Origin: Alistipes sp.
GTDB lineage: Bacteria; Bacteroidota; Bacteroidia; Bacteroidales; Rikenellaceae
Direction: 5' to 3'
DNA: 64,000 bases
Assembly (NCBI GenBank): GCA_045633045.1
Contig: JAZQXV010000010.1
Coordinates: 14,592 to 78,591 of the forward strand
The stretch's first letter is position 1. Every line of letters starts with the position of its first letter. The notes beneath the pieces are model-generated. The model saw only the letters and a program-made list of their open reading frames with translations. It did no database searches and was not told the DNA's origin. Of the stretch, positions 36,665 through 45,984 are shown one piece after another. The position numbers and the translations under genes were made by a program.

Positions 36665-38314
36665 CTACTCGAAGCGCATCATTACGGTCTTAGTCGTCGT
36701 GTTGCCCTCCATATCTGTTACTGTCATCACGAAGTCGTGGTCACCTGCGCCAAGCATGCCAAGGATATCAAGGAAGTTTGTGATGTTGAGCTGATCCTCC
36801 GAGATCAATGTCTGGTTGTAAACCTTGTCACCTACGGGGAAGCCAAGACCTGAGAGCGATGCGAACATGTCAGTAGAGTTTACAAGGCTGAACTCTGCAG
36901 CAAGACCTACGGCCTGCAACTCCTCGGGTGTAAGAGCGTTAGATACGATCTCAATCTCGAAGTCCTGGATTGCCAAAGGTGCTGTGATGCGAATCATACA
37001 AGTGTCGCCACTCTTGATTGTCTGGCGCTTGTCGATGTCGTAGCCCACCCACACAATCTGAGGAGCGACATTCTGGCCATACTTGATTGTGAGTGTTGCG
37101 CAACCCTCAGCACCATTCTCGTCAACTACGATAATCTCATATGAGTGAGTACCCTCGTATGACTTCAACAAGTCGGCCTGAGCTGCGAACTTGATGCGTG
37201 CTGTTGTTGCATCCTTAGCATCTGTGGGATAACCCATCATCTTGAGGATTGCAGCAGATGTTGCAGGAGCACACAAATCCTCCTCCAAAGGCATAATCTG
37301 TGAGTATGCTGTCACGAAGTCTGCGTTATCTGAAGCTGCCTTAACTACGAAGCTCTTGATAGGAGCCTTAGCCACTACATCGAGGTTGATGCTAGACTTG
37401 AAGTTACCCTCAGCATCGAACATATCGTCAGTGAGCTCGAAAGCCTCTGCAAGGTCGTGACCCTCCCAAACGATTACAGGGACATCTGTGTCATCGGGAA
37501 TAACCTCCTCTAACATCGCTACAGATGTATCGAAGTTTACCACCTCGTCGTATGTCCAAGTGTCGCAAACGATACCGATATTTGTAGTACCGTCAGCAGC
37601 ATGCTGAACAACAACGTTAATCTTACGCCACTGAGCAGCCTTAACGCCCTTAATCTCGCTGGTCATAGCGATATCCTTCTCCTCACCTGCATAGCGGCAG
37701 TTGAAGGTAAGCTTCAAGGTGTTCTCTGCTGCCACGGGAGCGAAGAAGCCCGCGCGTGTGTCGCTATAGTTAAATACCAACTCGCTATCAGCAAGCGCTA
37801 CGGTCATAGTTGTAGCATTGTGGTCGAGCTGTTCCTGAAGGTCTGCAGAGTAGATTACCGAGACCTTGATGTTTGACAACTTACAAACCAAGTCTTTAAC
37901 AGTTGTTGTCTGCTTGCGTGTGATTACAAACTCCTTCTCGCAAGAATATACAGGAGCCTCCCATGCTACTGCCTGCATAGTTGCAGACGACATAGCGATC
38001 TTATACACACCGCCATCCAATGCGATAGGCTCAGTGGGGCGCTCACCATACTTGAACGATGACATAGTCTCGCCAGCCTGGTTTGTGATAACAACATCGA
38101 AAGTGTTGATGTCGATACCCTCGGCACGTGTCTCTGAGTCGATATTCTCGGTATCCTCCATTACTGAAGCCTGCATATTTGCGAGGCTCAAATAACCGAT
38201 GTTTGCCTTTGCATCATCAACATTGTCAACATAGTTAACATTATCCTTTTTGCACGACACCATCACGAGGAGTGAGGCGAGTGCGATGCTCATAATTCTA
38301 ACTACTGATTTCAT
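36665..38314 (-). CDS. DUF4493 lipoprotein
   Basis: VSC lipobox, ETRA, AWEAPVY...F.I......V...CKLSNIKVSV.YS; start reassigned to MKSVVR. Confidence 0.75.
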   Translation of the reverse strand: MKSVVRIMSIALASLLVMVSCKKDNVNYVDNVDDAKANIGYLSLANMQASVMEDTENIDSETRAEGIDINTFDVVITNQAGETMSSFKYGERPTEPIALDGGVYKIAMSSATMQAVAWEAPVYSCEKEFVITRKQTTTVKDLVCKLSNIKVSVIYSADLQEQLDHNATTMTVALADSELVFNYSDTRAGFFAPVAAENTLKLTFNCRYAGEEKDIAMTSEIKGVKAAQWRKINVVVQHAADGTTNIGIVCDTWTYDEVVNFDTSVAMLEEVIPDDTDVPVIVWEGHDLAEAFELTDDMFDAEGNFKSSINLDVVAKAPIKSFVVKAASDNADFVTAYSQIMPLEEDLCAPATSAAILKMMGYPTDAKDATTARIKFAAQADLLKSYEGTHSYEIIVVDENGAEGCATLTIKYGQNVAPQIVWVGYDIDKRQTIKSGDTCMIRITAPLAIQDFEIEIVSNALTPEELQAVGLAAEFSLVNSTDMFASLSGLGFPVGDKVYNQTLISEDQLNITNFLDILGMLGAGDHDFVMTVTDMEGNTTTKTVMMRFE

Positions 38315-38327
38315 ATCTCTTTTTCTT

Positions 38328-39092
38328 TTATTGTGCGTTATCATTAAGCTCCTGCTCGATGTCGATTGACTCTACGAGCGTATCATTAAGTGTAATTGTG
38401 AGGGTTGCATTGCCAGCAGTCTCAACATCCAAAGTTACGGTATAGAGAGTCTGCGCTGCAACCGCCTCATTTTTGTACTCAGGCAATGTGACAGTCACAC
38501 CCTCTGCACCCGACTGGTTGGGCTGCTTAACAGCAGTACCACCAATTTTGAACGATGTTGGATCAACAAAGATAGGCTCTGACTGCGCTGTAACATCGAA
38601 CTCGTTGCCAGCAGCAGTTGTGAGCTTAAGGGTGTAACCACCCACGAAATAGCCCTTGAATGCATCTGTTACCTCAACCACTACAAGGGCGTTAGCAATG
38701 GTTGCTGTAATCTCTACATTGCTGCTCTTACGCGCCTCTACTGCGAACTCCTTGCTACCAACGAAGGTTGCCTTATCGTAACCCTCCTCAGTGATGTCGC
38801 CCGCAACAACTGTAGCTTTGTAGTTGCCGTGGTGGAGATAGCTATCCGCGTTAAACTCAGCGATTGCAGCATACTCAGCCTTGTAGTCGCTTCCTACGCC
38901 CTCAATCTTGAGAGTAAAATCCTCAAACTCAGGGAGTGTGCAGCTGATGTTGGCACGCGTATCAACCATAGTCTCAGTCTTACAGTTGATAGTCACCTGT
39001 CCTTTACCCTCCTGCTCACTCTTTGCCGCCTCCTTCGAGCAAGCCGAAAGAATCAACGCCAAAAGCGATGCGATTGTAAAAAACTTTTTCAT
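38328..39092 (-). CDS. DUF4493 lipoprotein (short)
   Basis: SAC lipobox, DTRA, EGYDK..F.G...F.V......V.I.A..AN..V.V. Confidence 0.75.
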   Translation of the reverse strand: MKKFFTIASLLALILSACSKEAAKSEQEGKGQVTINCKTETMVDTRANISCTLPEFEDFTLKIEGVGSDYKAEYAAIAEFNADSYLHHGNYKATVVAGDITEEGYDKATFVGSKEFAVEARKSSNVEITATIANALVVVEVTDAFKGYFVGGYTLKLTTAAGNEFDVTAQSEPIFVDPTSFKIGGTAVKQPNQSGAEGVTVTLPEYKNEAVAAQTLYTVTLDVETAGNATLTITLNDTLVESIDIEQELNDNAQ

Positions 39093-39161
39093 AATGATTT
39101 TGTTTAGTTAATATTTTTTATTCTTCTTGTATTTATCTATAGCAATGTGACTGCCTAGGTA

Positions 39162-40958
39162 TTACTTTACAATCTGCACCCTTACATTGTCGATGTACAT
39201 CCATCCACAACCGTTGTTAATCTTCCAACTTTTGTAGCCTAAATGTCCCACATGCCATGAAATACGATGTGACGATGTGCAGTCTGAAATTGTGTGAGTC
39301 ATTGACTTTGTAAGAGCTGATGCCGAACCCGATGTCGGGATACTTGGAACTTCAACAGCTCCATCGATATCTGAGAATGCTGCATCGTTATTAAACTGTG
39401 TAGCATAACCATTTATAAGACCACTCGTTGTAGTGTAGCCCACTCTACCCACAGGATAGTATGTCGTGTTACCTGAGCGACTACCACCATAGTCAAACGA
39501 CACTTTTACTTTGACACGTGCATTAGGTTTGATACACGAAAGCTCTGGTGAATCCAATCTTCCGTAGGCACGAGTAGCACCTGCAATAACACAGTCTACA
39601 CGTCCTGCGACAAGGATTGCAGTGCCTGCAGCATCACAACCTGTACGCGCTCCTGTCCAACCTGAGGCTATGCCATACTGAGCAAGATCACGAGCTGCAG
39701 TAGAAGCATCTGACACAGAGGTATATGGGCCTGCTTTATAGTCGCCATCATACTGAGCAAGCGAGCTAAAATTCTCCGCAAAGAGGTAGGGGACATTCAT
39801 CCAGCATGTATGCTCCGTGTAGAGAGTCAAATCACCGAGGTTTACGATTGTCTCAACAATGGCATGCTCCGAGTCAAAGACAATACGCCATGAGGTATTG
39901 TCATATTGGTCAACATCGAACTCACCCTCATAACCCACAACATACTTATTCTCTGCGTTACGAGTAAACTTACCCATGTGGTTGCCGTTAACATCGTATA
40001 CGTCAAAGAAGTTAAAGTCCTCACCGAGGTTGTTCTGATCTACCGAGAAGGTGACAGAGGTGTAATAAGGATTCAACTCAGCTGGGATTGTTATGTTCAT
40101 AGGGGTAACATGACCAGCCCTCATATCACGGTTAAGCGGATAACTTACCGCGCATGTACTACGATACTCACCCTTTGCGATATAGCTAACATCACCATCA
40201 ACAGTACCAGGGAGTACGAAAGCCCATAGCGAATCTCCGACATCGAAGCCTTCAGGACACTCCAAAACAATTGTATTCGAGGTGTTCACATAGGTAGGTT
40301 CTGCATCGGGATCGCTAACATCGATAACAATATCACCCACAACGGCATTAGGGAAGGTAATCTCAAGTCGATAGAGGCGTCCACCATGGTGATTACGTCC
40401 TTCTGGCACAGTAATCTTTAGGGCATGCATCTGATGACGCATAACGGTGTTAAGAACCATCTTTTCAGATGAAGTAAGTGCCTCGGCAACAACAGGTTCT
40501 GCAACCATGATGCCATAACCGCCCTCATACTTACCCGACTGCACTTTAGGGAGCGAATAGGTAGCCTGTGTACCATTGGTTGACACGGGCATGGGATAGC
40601 TCAAGTAGTAGGTGTACTCACCCTCGGCCATCATGTCGATGTTCGATGTAAAGTATGCCAAATCATACTCAGGGCTGAAGTAGCGGAGTGTGAACTGCGC
40701 ATTCTCGAAGGTATAGTTACCCTCAACATCCTTTGCCCACACGGCGAGTCTATCACCAACAGACCAACGTGTAGTCTTGCCATCGGCGTCGATATCCGTA
40801 CGTGTTACATCGACAGGCATCGAGAAACCAACCTCCGCAATCTGCTCAGAGGGGTTAACGGGGTGATTGTCCACCTCATCAGCACACGCCACAAATCCAA
40901 ACGCTGCCACTGCCAACAAGGCCAACTTCTTAATAATCTCCATAGAAAATCTCTTCAT
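39162..40958 (-). CDS. Fimbrillin-like lipoprotein with C-terminal lectin-like domain
   Basis: VAC lipobox, VTRT.I..DG....WS.GD.LAVW, YY.SYP, Y.LP..Q; start 40958 or 40943. Confidence 0.65.
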   Translation of the reverse strand: MKRFSMEIIKKLALLAVAAFGFVACADEVDNHPVNPSEQIAEVGFSMPVDVTRTDIDADGKTTRWSVGDRLAVWAKDVEGNYTFENAQFTLRYFSPEYDLAYFTSNIDMMAEGEYTYYLSYPMPVSTNGTQATYSLPKVQSGKYEGGYGIMVAEPVVAEALTSSEKMVLNTVMRHQMHALKITVPEGRNHHGGRLYRLEITFPNAVVGDIVIDVSDPDAEPTYVNTSNTIVLECPEGFDVGDSLWAFVLPGTVDGDVSYIAKGEYRSTCAVSYPLNRDMRAGHVTPMNITIPAELNPYYTSVTFSVDQNNLGEDFNFFDVYDVNGNHMGKFTRNAENKYVVGYEGEFDVDQYDNTSWRIVFDSEHAIVETIVNLGDLTLYTEHTCWMNVPYLFAENFSSLAQYDGDYKAGPYTSVSDASTAARDLAQYGIASGWTGARTGCDAAGTAILVAGRVDCVIAGATRAYGRLDSPELSCIKPNARVKVKVSFDYGGSRSGNTTYYPVGRVGYTTTSGLINGYATQFNNDAAFSDIDGAVEVPSIPTSGSASALTKSMTHTISDCTSSHRISWHVGHLGYKSWKINNGCGWMYIDNVRVQIVK

Positions 40959-41058
40959 TATTATTTTTAATCGCGACAAATATAGGTTAAACTTTCCCAT
41001 TGGAGAAATAAATTCAACGAAACGCCTCATTTGTAAAATCAATAAGTTATAACTACCT

Positions 41059-41106
41059 AAAAAAAATGAGAGCGACCCCGAAGTTTGGTCAAAACTCCGA
41101 GGTCGC
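41059..41106 (-). terminator. Terminator after 41152-43467
   Basis: GCGACCTCGGAGTTT/AAACTTCGGGGTCGC stem followed by a U-tract on the minus strand. Confidence 0.75.
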
Positions 41107-41151
41107 AACCCCAATAATTGTAGTTATTTCGTTATTTTAGTCTCCAATCCA

Positions 41152-43467
41152 CTATTTGCGCTCAAAAATGACTTTTGAAGTACGCTCTACGGGACTCTTC
41201 TCAACAATCACCACCTTGTCGCTCGCAGGCGCATCGTTTACAACCATACTCTTCGCTGGCATCGAAGCACGAGTCACCTCGCCTAAATAGTAGTCAACAA
41301 ACTCCTGAGCATCACCTGCGCCATCGCGAGTACAGATGAAACGCTTACGATATACGGGGCTGGGGTTATCGTCGAAGTCGAATGCCACAGCGGCAATCAT
41401 CATCTCGACATCCCACTGACCACGGAAGTATGCAGGAGACCAATATGCACCGACATTGTAGAGGTTGTCGATGAGCAAGTCGTCGCTAAACTGCTCTGGG
41501 TCCTCCAAACCCTCCTGGTAGGTAAAGATTGTAAACAGGTAGCCAGAGTACTCACCCTTGATATCCACACTCATGGGCAAGATAACCTGACCCTGATAGT
41601 TACTAAAGTACTCAGGGCTAATAGCATAGACTTCATCGCCATCGTAGTAAGCATCGAAGCCAGCAGTAATCTCAATGTCAGCAATGATGGCAACATCTGT
41701 TCTAAACTCGCCACCCGTACGCATTGTACCTGTGTACTCAAAGCTATTGGGGTTCATGGGGATAATCACGATGTGATACTCTGTATCGGGCTTGAGCTGC
41801 GAGAGACGGCTCGACACTTTGCCCTGTGCCAACTCGTAGTAGCTAAACTCCCAATAATCACCATAGTATGCACTATTGTAAGTATCCAATATATAATCCT
41901 TAATCTCCTGCTCGCTCATAGATGCCTCAAAGACATTCCAGTAGTAAAAGACACTATAATCCGATGGGATGATTGAGACACGAGCCTCACGGTCACCTAC
42001 CTCAGTAACCTCAATATTGTACTGGCACGCCTCAATATCGCCAGCCTTGGGCGTGGTGATATTCTGGCGCGTAATCTTTGTTGTCAGCGTACCCGCCTCA
42101 TAGCCAAAGAGCAAAACTGCATACTCAGTATCGGCCTCCAGGCCACTGAAAGTACCCTCGATATCTCCATTGAAGATATAGTTATAGAGGAACGATGTGC
42201 CATACTCCGTCATTATATGGTTGAAGATGTCGGCATCGTCACGCATCTTACCAATCTCCTTCGATGGGATAGCAAAGATTGCATATGGGTCTTCGTTGGT
42301 TGTCTCCACCTTAACGTAGAAAGTTGACTGAGTAATATCCGAAATCTCCATCGAGAGTTTATTCTCCGATGCAGGGATAGAGCCAATCTCAAACTCCTCA
42401 AATGACACGTCGCTCAAGCGCTTGCACTCCTCATTCCACTTGAAGGCAAAGGCGACATACTTGGTGTTCGCCATACCCTCGAACTCGTATGCCGTAGCCA
42501 AGTAGTCGGTGTTGTACTCGAAGGTCTCGGCAAGGGTGTAATCCCACGCTGCATAGTCCTCGATCACATCGGCAATCACAGCATCTGCCGCAACGTTAAT
42601 ATCTTTGCCATAGAGGGTCTCATAATCCTCATATGTGATAAGATTGTTGTAGTATGCCACACCCTCGTGCGAAGGAGTAATTGCGATGTGAGCAATAGCA
42701 CGATTCACGGTGATATCGAAGTCGAAAGTTACGTCGTTACCCGCATAAGGCGCCTCCGTTTTGAAGGTCTCAAAGTAGATAGATGTGGTCTTTATGCCCT
42801 CAGCGTTCATGCCGTAAACATAGACTACATACTCCCACTCTGGGTCGAGACCCGCCATGCGGATATTTGAGTGCGAGCCCTTGCTCAAAACTGATGATAG
42901 ATACTCCTCAAGCTGCACTCCATTCTCCTCCGCCATAGTGTAGTAGTAACGCATATCCTCATCGAAAATCTCATCCTCGCTCATCTCGTCAAACCACACC
43001 TTATCGACAATCTGGCCAATCCATGTTGTCTCCTCATCGAGGGTCGCAACGCTAAATGTTACGGCTGTAGCCTCAACATCCTCAACCTTAAGAGCTACGG
43101 GGTCAGCCCACGCTTTCTGGCTGATAGTCAAGCTATTTGTATCGTTTCCGTAGCCAAACGTAAGTTTTACAGAGCGCTCCTCGCCACTGTTATTCTTCGC
43201 CACGGTGACATCGACGAACGATGCGGTAATAGCATCTATGGTTACCCACTCTGCATCGCACGCCACCTCGAGTGACACACCCTCCGCAGGCTTAACAATC
43301 GAGTAGTTGATGCGGAATGTATCTCCCTCGGGCTGTGCCTCGAGCGACTCTACATAGAGCGTAATATTACTAACCTTTGCATCTGGCTCTCTCTGGCACG
43401 ACACCAACACAAAAGCGAGTGCCATGACCACGGTCATCACACTACGCATATAGGAAAATAATCTCAT
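41152..43467 (-). CDS. Surface lipoprotein: BACON domain plus repeated FN3-like acidic modules
   Basis: VSC lipobox; DAEWV.....V.KN.SGEER...LTF.Y; repeated GL.P..EY.V..YG-like motifs. Confidence 0.65.
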   Translation of the reverse strand: MRLFSYMRSVMTVVMALAFVLVSCQREPDAKVSNITLYVESLEAQPEGDTFRINYSIVKPAEGVSLEVACDAEWVTIDAITASFVDVTVAKNNSGEERSVKLTFGYGNDTNSLTISQKAWADPVALKVEDVEATAVTFSVATLDEETTWIGQIVDKVWFDEMSEDEIFDEDMRYYYTMAEENGVQLEEYLSSVLSKGSHSNIRMAGLDPEWEYVVYVYGMNAEGIKTTSIYFETFKTEAPYAGNDVTFDFDITVNRAIAHIAITPSHEGVAYYNNLITYEDYETLYGKDINVAADAVIADVIEDYAAWDYTLAETFEYNTDYLATAYEFEGMANTKYVAFAFKWNEECKRLSDVSFEEFEIGSIPASENKLSMEISDITQSTFYVKVETTNEDPYAIFAIPSKEIGKMRDDADIFNHIMTEYGTSFLYNYIFNGDIEGTFSGLEADTEYAVLLFGYEAGTLTTKITRQNITTPKAGDIEACQYNIEVTEVGDREARVSIIPSDYSVFYYWNVFEASMSEQEIKDYILDTYNSAYYGDYWEFSYYELAQGKVSSRLSQLKPDTEYHIVIIPMNPNSFEYTGTMRTGGEFRTDVAIIADIEITAGFDAYYDGDEVYAISPEYFSNYQGQVILPMSVDIKGEYSGYLFTIFTYQEGLEDPEQFSDDLLIDNLYNVGAYWSPAYFRGQWDVEMMIAAVAFDFDDNPSPVYRKRFICTRDGAGDAQEFVDYYLGEVTRASMPAKSMVVNDAPASDKVVIVEKSPVERTSKVIFERK

Positions 43468-43470
43468 ATT

Positions 43471-43869
43471 TTATCGCTTTTTTGATTCTATTACTGCATC
43501 GATATAGGCCTTAATCTTTGGAGCGGGATCCTCCCAGCCCTCGGGCTTGATGACCTTGCCATCCTTGGGATTGTAGTGAGGCTTGCCATCGGGCCACAAC
43601 TTCGCCATGTTAGCCTGCTGAACGATTGAGAACAACTCGTCAGCCTCCAAGCCCATCTCGACCATTGTGCCGAGCGCGAAGTACATAAGGTCGATCATAG
43701 CGTCGGCCTGCTCGTAGATGTCATCGGCGATGAGGAACTCGGCAACCTCCTCCTGCATCCACTTGGCACGCGACAAGGCGCGCTTCTTATCAATCATCTT
43801 GGGCTCCGCAGCCACAGGATGACCAAACTTCTCGTGAAACTCACGAACATCATTCCACTCTTTCTTCAT
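43471..43869 (-). CDS. MazG-like all-alpha NTP pyrophosphatase (PRA-PH/DR2231-like)
   Basis: VREFHEKFG, EE..EF, DA.IDL.YFA.G, ANM.KL..DGKP.Y..DGKVIKP. Confidence 0.8.
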   Translation of the reverse strand: MKKEWNDVREFHEKFGHPVAAEPKMIDKKRALSRAKWMQEEVAEFLIADDIYEQADAMIDLMYFALGTMVEMGLEADELFSIVQQANMAKLWPDGKPHYNPKDGKVIKPEGWEDPAPKIKAYIDAVIESKKR

Positions 43870-43963
43870 AATTATTTATTGTTTTATGTTATTCACTGCT
43901 ACAAATATAGGCATTTTTTCGGTTTTTTTCGTAACTTTGCCGAAATTAAACTTAAAATGTATT

Positions 43964-44563
43964 ATGGCAATAACCATAAAAGCAAAGTTCAAGTGTAGCT
44001 CCGAGAAGATTTCGCAAGTACCCAAGGATGACCTTAAGGATATAGCCTTTATCGGCCGAAGCAACGTCGGTAAGTCATCGCTCGTGAATATGCTCACAGG
44101 TGTTAAAAACCTTGCTAAGGTGTCGGGAACACCTGGCAAGACGAAGCTCATAAACCACTTCCTCATAAACAATAGCTGGTACTTGGTCGACCTGCCTGGC
44201 TACGGCTACGCTAAGGTATCAAAAACGGCGCGCGGTGAGTTCTCGAAGATCATAACCGACTATGTCCTAAAGTGCGAGAAGATGCACTTCCTCTTTGTGC
44301 TTGTCGATTCACGCCTCGAGCCACAGAAGATAGATCTCAGCTTCATTGAGCTGCTTGGTGAGAATGGCATACCCTTCGGTATCATCTTCACCAAGACCGA
44401 CAAACTATCTCAGGCACAGCTAAATCGCAGCATTGTGACATACAAGAAGACCCTATCGGAGATGTGGGAGGAGCTGCCTCCAATGCTCACATCATCAAGC
44501 GAGAAGGGCTCGGGCAGAGAGGAGATACTAACCTTCATCGAGGAGTGCTTGGCAAATTATTAG
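43964..44563 (+). CDS. engB: Ribosome biogenesis GTPase YihA/EngB
   Basis: GRSNVGKSS, PGKT, DLPGYGYA, TKTD; start reassigned to ATG 43964. Confidence 0.93.
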   Translation: MAITIKAKFKCSSEKISQVPKDDLKDIAFIGRSNVGKSSLVNMLTGVKNLAKVSGTPGKTKLINHFLINNSWYLVDLPGYGYAKVSKTARGEFSKIITDYVLKCEKMHFLFVLVDSRLEPQKIDLSFIELLGENGIPFGIIFTKTDKLSQAQLNRSIVTYKKTLSEMWEELPPMLTSSSEKGSGREEILTFIEECLANY

Positions 44564-44642
44564 AAAATAAGCGTCGAAAAAGTTGCGTATTCGGCTTATT
44601 TGTCCTACTTTTGTGTCAGTTAACCTAACCTAATATTATATT

Positions 44643-45584
44643 ATGGCAATCCATAAAATCAAGTTCTTTGCTGGTCGTGGCTCACGCTACCTCGCAGAGA
44701 AGATCGCTGCCGAGTATGGCATCAAGCTCGGAGACTCTGACGTTCTGCAGTTTAGCGACGGCGAGTTCCAGCCATGCTTCCACGAGTCTATCCGTGGTTG
44801 CACCGTATTTATCATCCAGTCAACGTTCCCACCTTCAGACAACCTCATGGAGCTCTTGATGATGGCCGACGCTGCACGTCGTGCTTCTGCTCACCAGGTT
44901 ATCGCCGTTATCCCCTACTTCGGCTGGGCACGTCAGGATCGCAAGGACCGTCCACGCGTACCTATCACCGCACGCCTCGTTGCTAACATGCTTATCGCAG
45001 CAGGTGTTCAGCGCGTGATGACTATGGGCCTCCACGCAGACCAGATTCAGGGTTTCTTCGATCTCCCAATGGATGCACTCTACGCATCGGGCATCTTTGT
45101 TCCCTACATCCAGAAGTTGAACATCCCCGATTTGTCAATCGCTTCACCTGATATGGGTGGTGCAAAGCGTGCTTCATCATACGCTAAGCACTTCAACGCA
45201 CCTATCATCATCTCTCACAAGGAGCGCGCTAAGGCTAACGTCGTTGGCTCGATGACCGCTATCGGTGAGGTTGAGGGTCGCAACGTCATCATCGTTGACG
45301 ATATGATCGACACCGCAGGTACTATCTGCATGGCAGCTAACATGCTTATGGACCGTGGTGCTAAGAGCGTTCGCGCGGCTGTTACACACCCTGTGCTTTC
45401 GGGCAAGGCATACGACCGCATCAACGAGAGCGCTATCCAGGAGGTTATCACAACCGACACTATTCCTTTGAAGGAGGGTGAGGATTTGTCTAAGTTTACA
45501 GTATTGAGCGTAGCTCCCATCTTCGCAGATGTTATCGAGCGCGTTCATAACTACAAATCTATTTCATCTATCTTCTACCGTTAA
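44643..45584 (+). CDS. prs: Ribose-phosphate pyrophosphokinase
   Basis: FSDGE, PYFGWARQDRK, SPDMGG.KRA, VDDMIDTAGT. Confidence 0.95.
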   Translation: MAIHKIKFFAGRGSRYLAEKIAAEYGIKLGDSDVLQFSDGEFQPCFHESIRGCTVFIIQSTFPPSDNLMELLMMADAARRASAHQVIAVIPYFGWARQDRKDRPRVPITARLVANMLIAAGVQRVMTMGLHADQIQGFFDLPMDALYASGIFVPYIQKLNIPDLSIASPDMGGAKRASSYAKHFNAPIIISHKERAKANVVGSMTAIGEVEGRNVIIVDDMIDTAGTICMAANMLMDRGAKSVRAAVTHPVLSGKAYDRINESAIQEVITTDTIPLKEGEDLSKFTVLSVAPIFADVIERVHNYKSISSIFYR

Positions 45585-45626
45585 TTAGCGTGATAAGCTG
45601 CAATCTGCGGCACATCCCTAAATAGT

Positions 45627-45984
45627 AAACCACCCAGGGCAGTACATTAAAGTACTATCCCTGGGTGGTTTCTTTTGTGATGCGCCACATCTTACGACTT
45701 CTGACGCTCGGCAAAAATGCCGTCGATGGGTAGGCGACCAATTTCTTGTCAGAGTGGTGCAGATGTGGCGATGACATGAAAAAGCCCTGGATGGATAGTA
45801 CTCGTTGTACATTCCATTCAGGGCTTTGATTGAAGCGCCGCTATCACAAGAAATTAAATTTCGCATCAGAAGGGGCCAGGCTTGGTCTCGACATGAAAAA
45901 GCTCCGGATGGATAGTACTTTTTCGTACATTCCATTCGGAGCTTTGATTGAGAGGCCGAGAATAGCCCCTTATTATGCGAAATT
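45627..45984. repeat. Cluster of three related long hairpins (core GGATAGTAC..GTAC); the first probably terminates prs
   Basis: Units 45740-45855 and 45857-45984 share GACATGAAAAAG...GGATGGATAGTACT...GTACATTCCATTC...GCTTTGATTGA; inverted relative at 45627-45671. Confidence 0.75.
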
